From: Marsupella aquatica
Lineage: Eukaryota > Plantae > Marchantiophyta
Direction: 5' to 3'
Assembly: GCA_973895155.1 (NCBI GenBank)
Contig: OZ316892.1
Location: 13,327,270-13,391,269, forward strand
Length of the DNA: 64,000 nt
A program made the translations under genes and the position numbers. This document shows positions 62,945-64,000 of the stretch, one piece after another. The notes below the pieces were generated by a model. That model was not told the DNA's origin and did not search any database. It saw only the letters and a list, made by a program, of their open reading frames with translations. Numbering within the stretch: position 1 is the first letter of the stretch; each line of letters opens with the position of its first letter.

Positions 62945-64000
62945 ATAAAGCATCGTCTCCGATTTCCCGGGAAGTACAGCGGCGGGCACTACTGTACATT
63001 CCCGCTTCATTTCAGGGAAAGCGACGAAATGAAAGACATGATGCTTTTGAGTCAAGAATTATCCAGAAGGTTTTTACTTTTGGGGAAATCTAATCAAACA
63101 ATGAAAGTGATGCAAGTGACGCGCCTAGAAATCAAAATCTATAACCAGCCTCACTGCCCTAGCTTTCTCGGGCCCATGATTACCTTCCTGGATGCTCTTT
63201 TAGGGAAAATAATATTAAAAAAATGAAAGTGATTAGTTTATTATGAATACTGTGTGTATGATGTATACTGTACTGTAGCCTGACTACCTGAGCCTTTCTG
63301 AGGCCATGATTATCTTCTCCACCTGCTACCTTTCCCAGAAACATGTCAGCACCCCAAAGTCATGGTCTAGAGGGCTCAAGAGTGTGACTTTTGATAGCAA
63401 ATTACGCGTTTGACTCTCACTAAGGGGGTGGCTTTACAAGACTTTGGGGGCAATGTCCATTTTTATTGGTCTCCAAGATCTGATGGGGCCATTCATTTGG
63501 GAGAAACTGTTGCTGTTCACTTCACAAATAGTTGGGGGGGGGCATTTTCAACCCAACCTGTTATCTATCCTACCTGGAATGGAGTGGGGCCCAAGTTTTG
63601 CTTATGTGGAGCACTCTTTTGTCCTAGATGTTAGACTGCCTTGCTTGAAGGTCTCTTCTTTTGGTCCCTTGGTCCATTCCTATTTTAAATCATTTGCATT
63701 GAAAAGGGACCCACAAGCCCTTCATAAGATCTTCTTGTCACATCTAAAAAGATTTTAGCCAAAGAATAGGTGACATTCAAGTGGAGTGGGTCCTCCATCT
63801 GTCTTTTAGCAAATTAATCTAGGACCATTGGCTGCACTTAGCTTTACAAGACCGTGGGGGCCATATAGGGATTTCAAAAATGCTATTAGCCCCGGGACAC
63901 TTTATTTAGTGTGTGTAATGGCACTCCAGTTTGCCTTGGTGAAAAAACCTCCCAAGTGCCCCCAACGTCTTGTAAAGTACTCCATAAGAACATGATTTCC

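Overview
Eukaryotic nuclear DNA from a land plant; a non-seed plant such as a bryophyte is inferred from the transposase fossils but cannot be proven. I can build five intron-containing genes by hand: a LAG1/LOH-type ceramide synthase (+, 2164-6094), a five-finger CCCH zinc-finger protein (+, 23452-33918, with a 5.9-kb last intron), actin-related protein 4 (-, 38714-46779, 20 exons, one GC-AG intron), an FYV7-like rRNA-processing protein (+, 49534-52197) and a GIP1/DUF1296 protein (-, 55019-61770). The 7-21 kb interval is a transposon nest. Its most unusual feature is a Ty1/copia element whose two 345-bp LTRs point in opposite directions. The target-site duplication (ATGTC / GACAT), the PBS position and a split Harbinger transposase fossil all indicate a post-insertion ~1.18-kb inversion (about 16043-17223) with 3-bp microhomology at its ends. 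Other features are a solo LTR with TSD, a MULE-like foldback element with a 9-bp TSD, a hairpin MITE, an exon-internal duplication in GIP1 that copied its splice acceptor, and many short tandem duplications. No CRISPR, rRNA or intact tRNA genes were found, and I found no convincing novel multi-gene system. All gene models and coordinates were read by eye and need RNA-seq confirmation.
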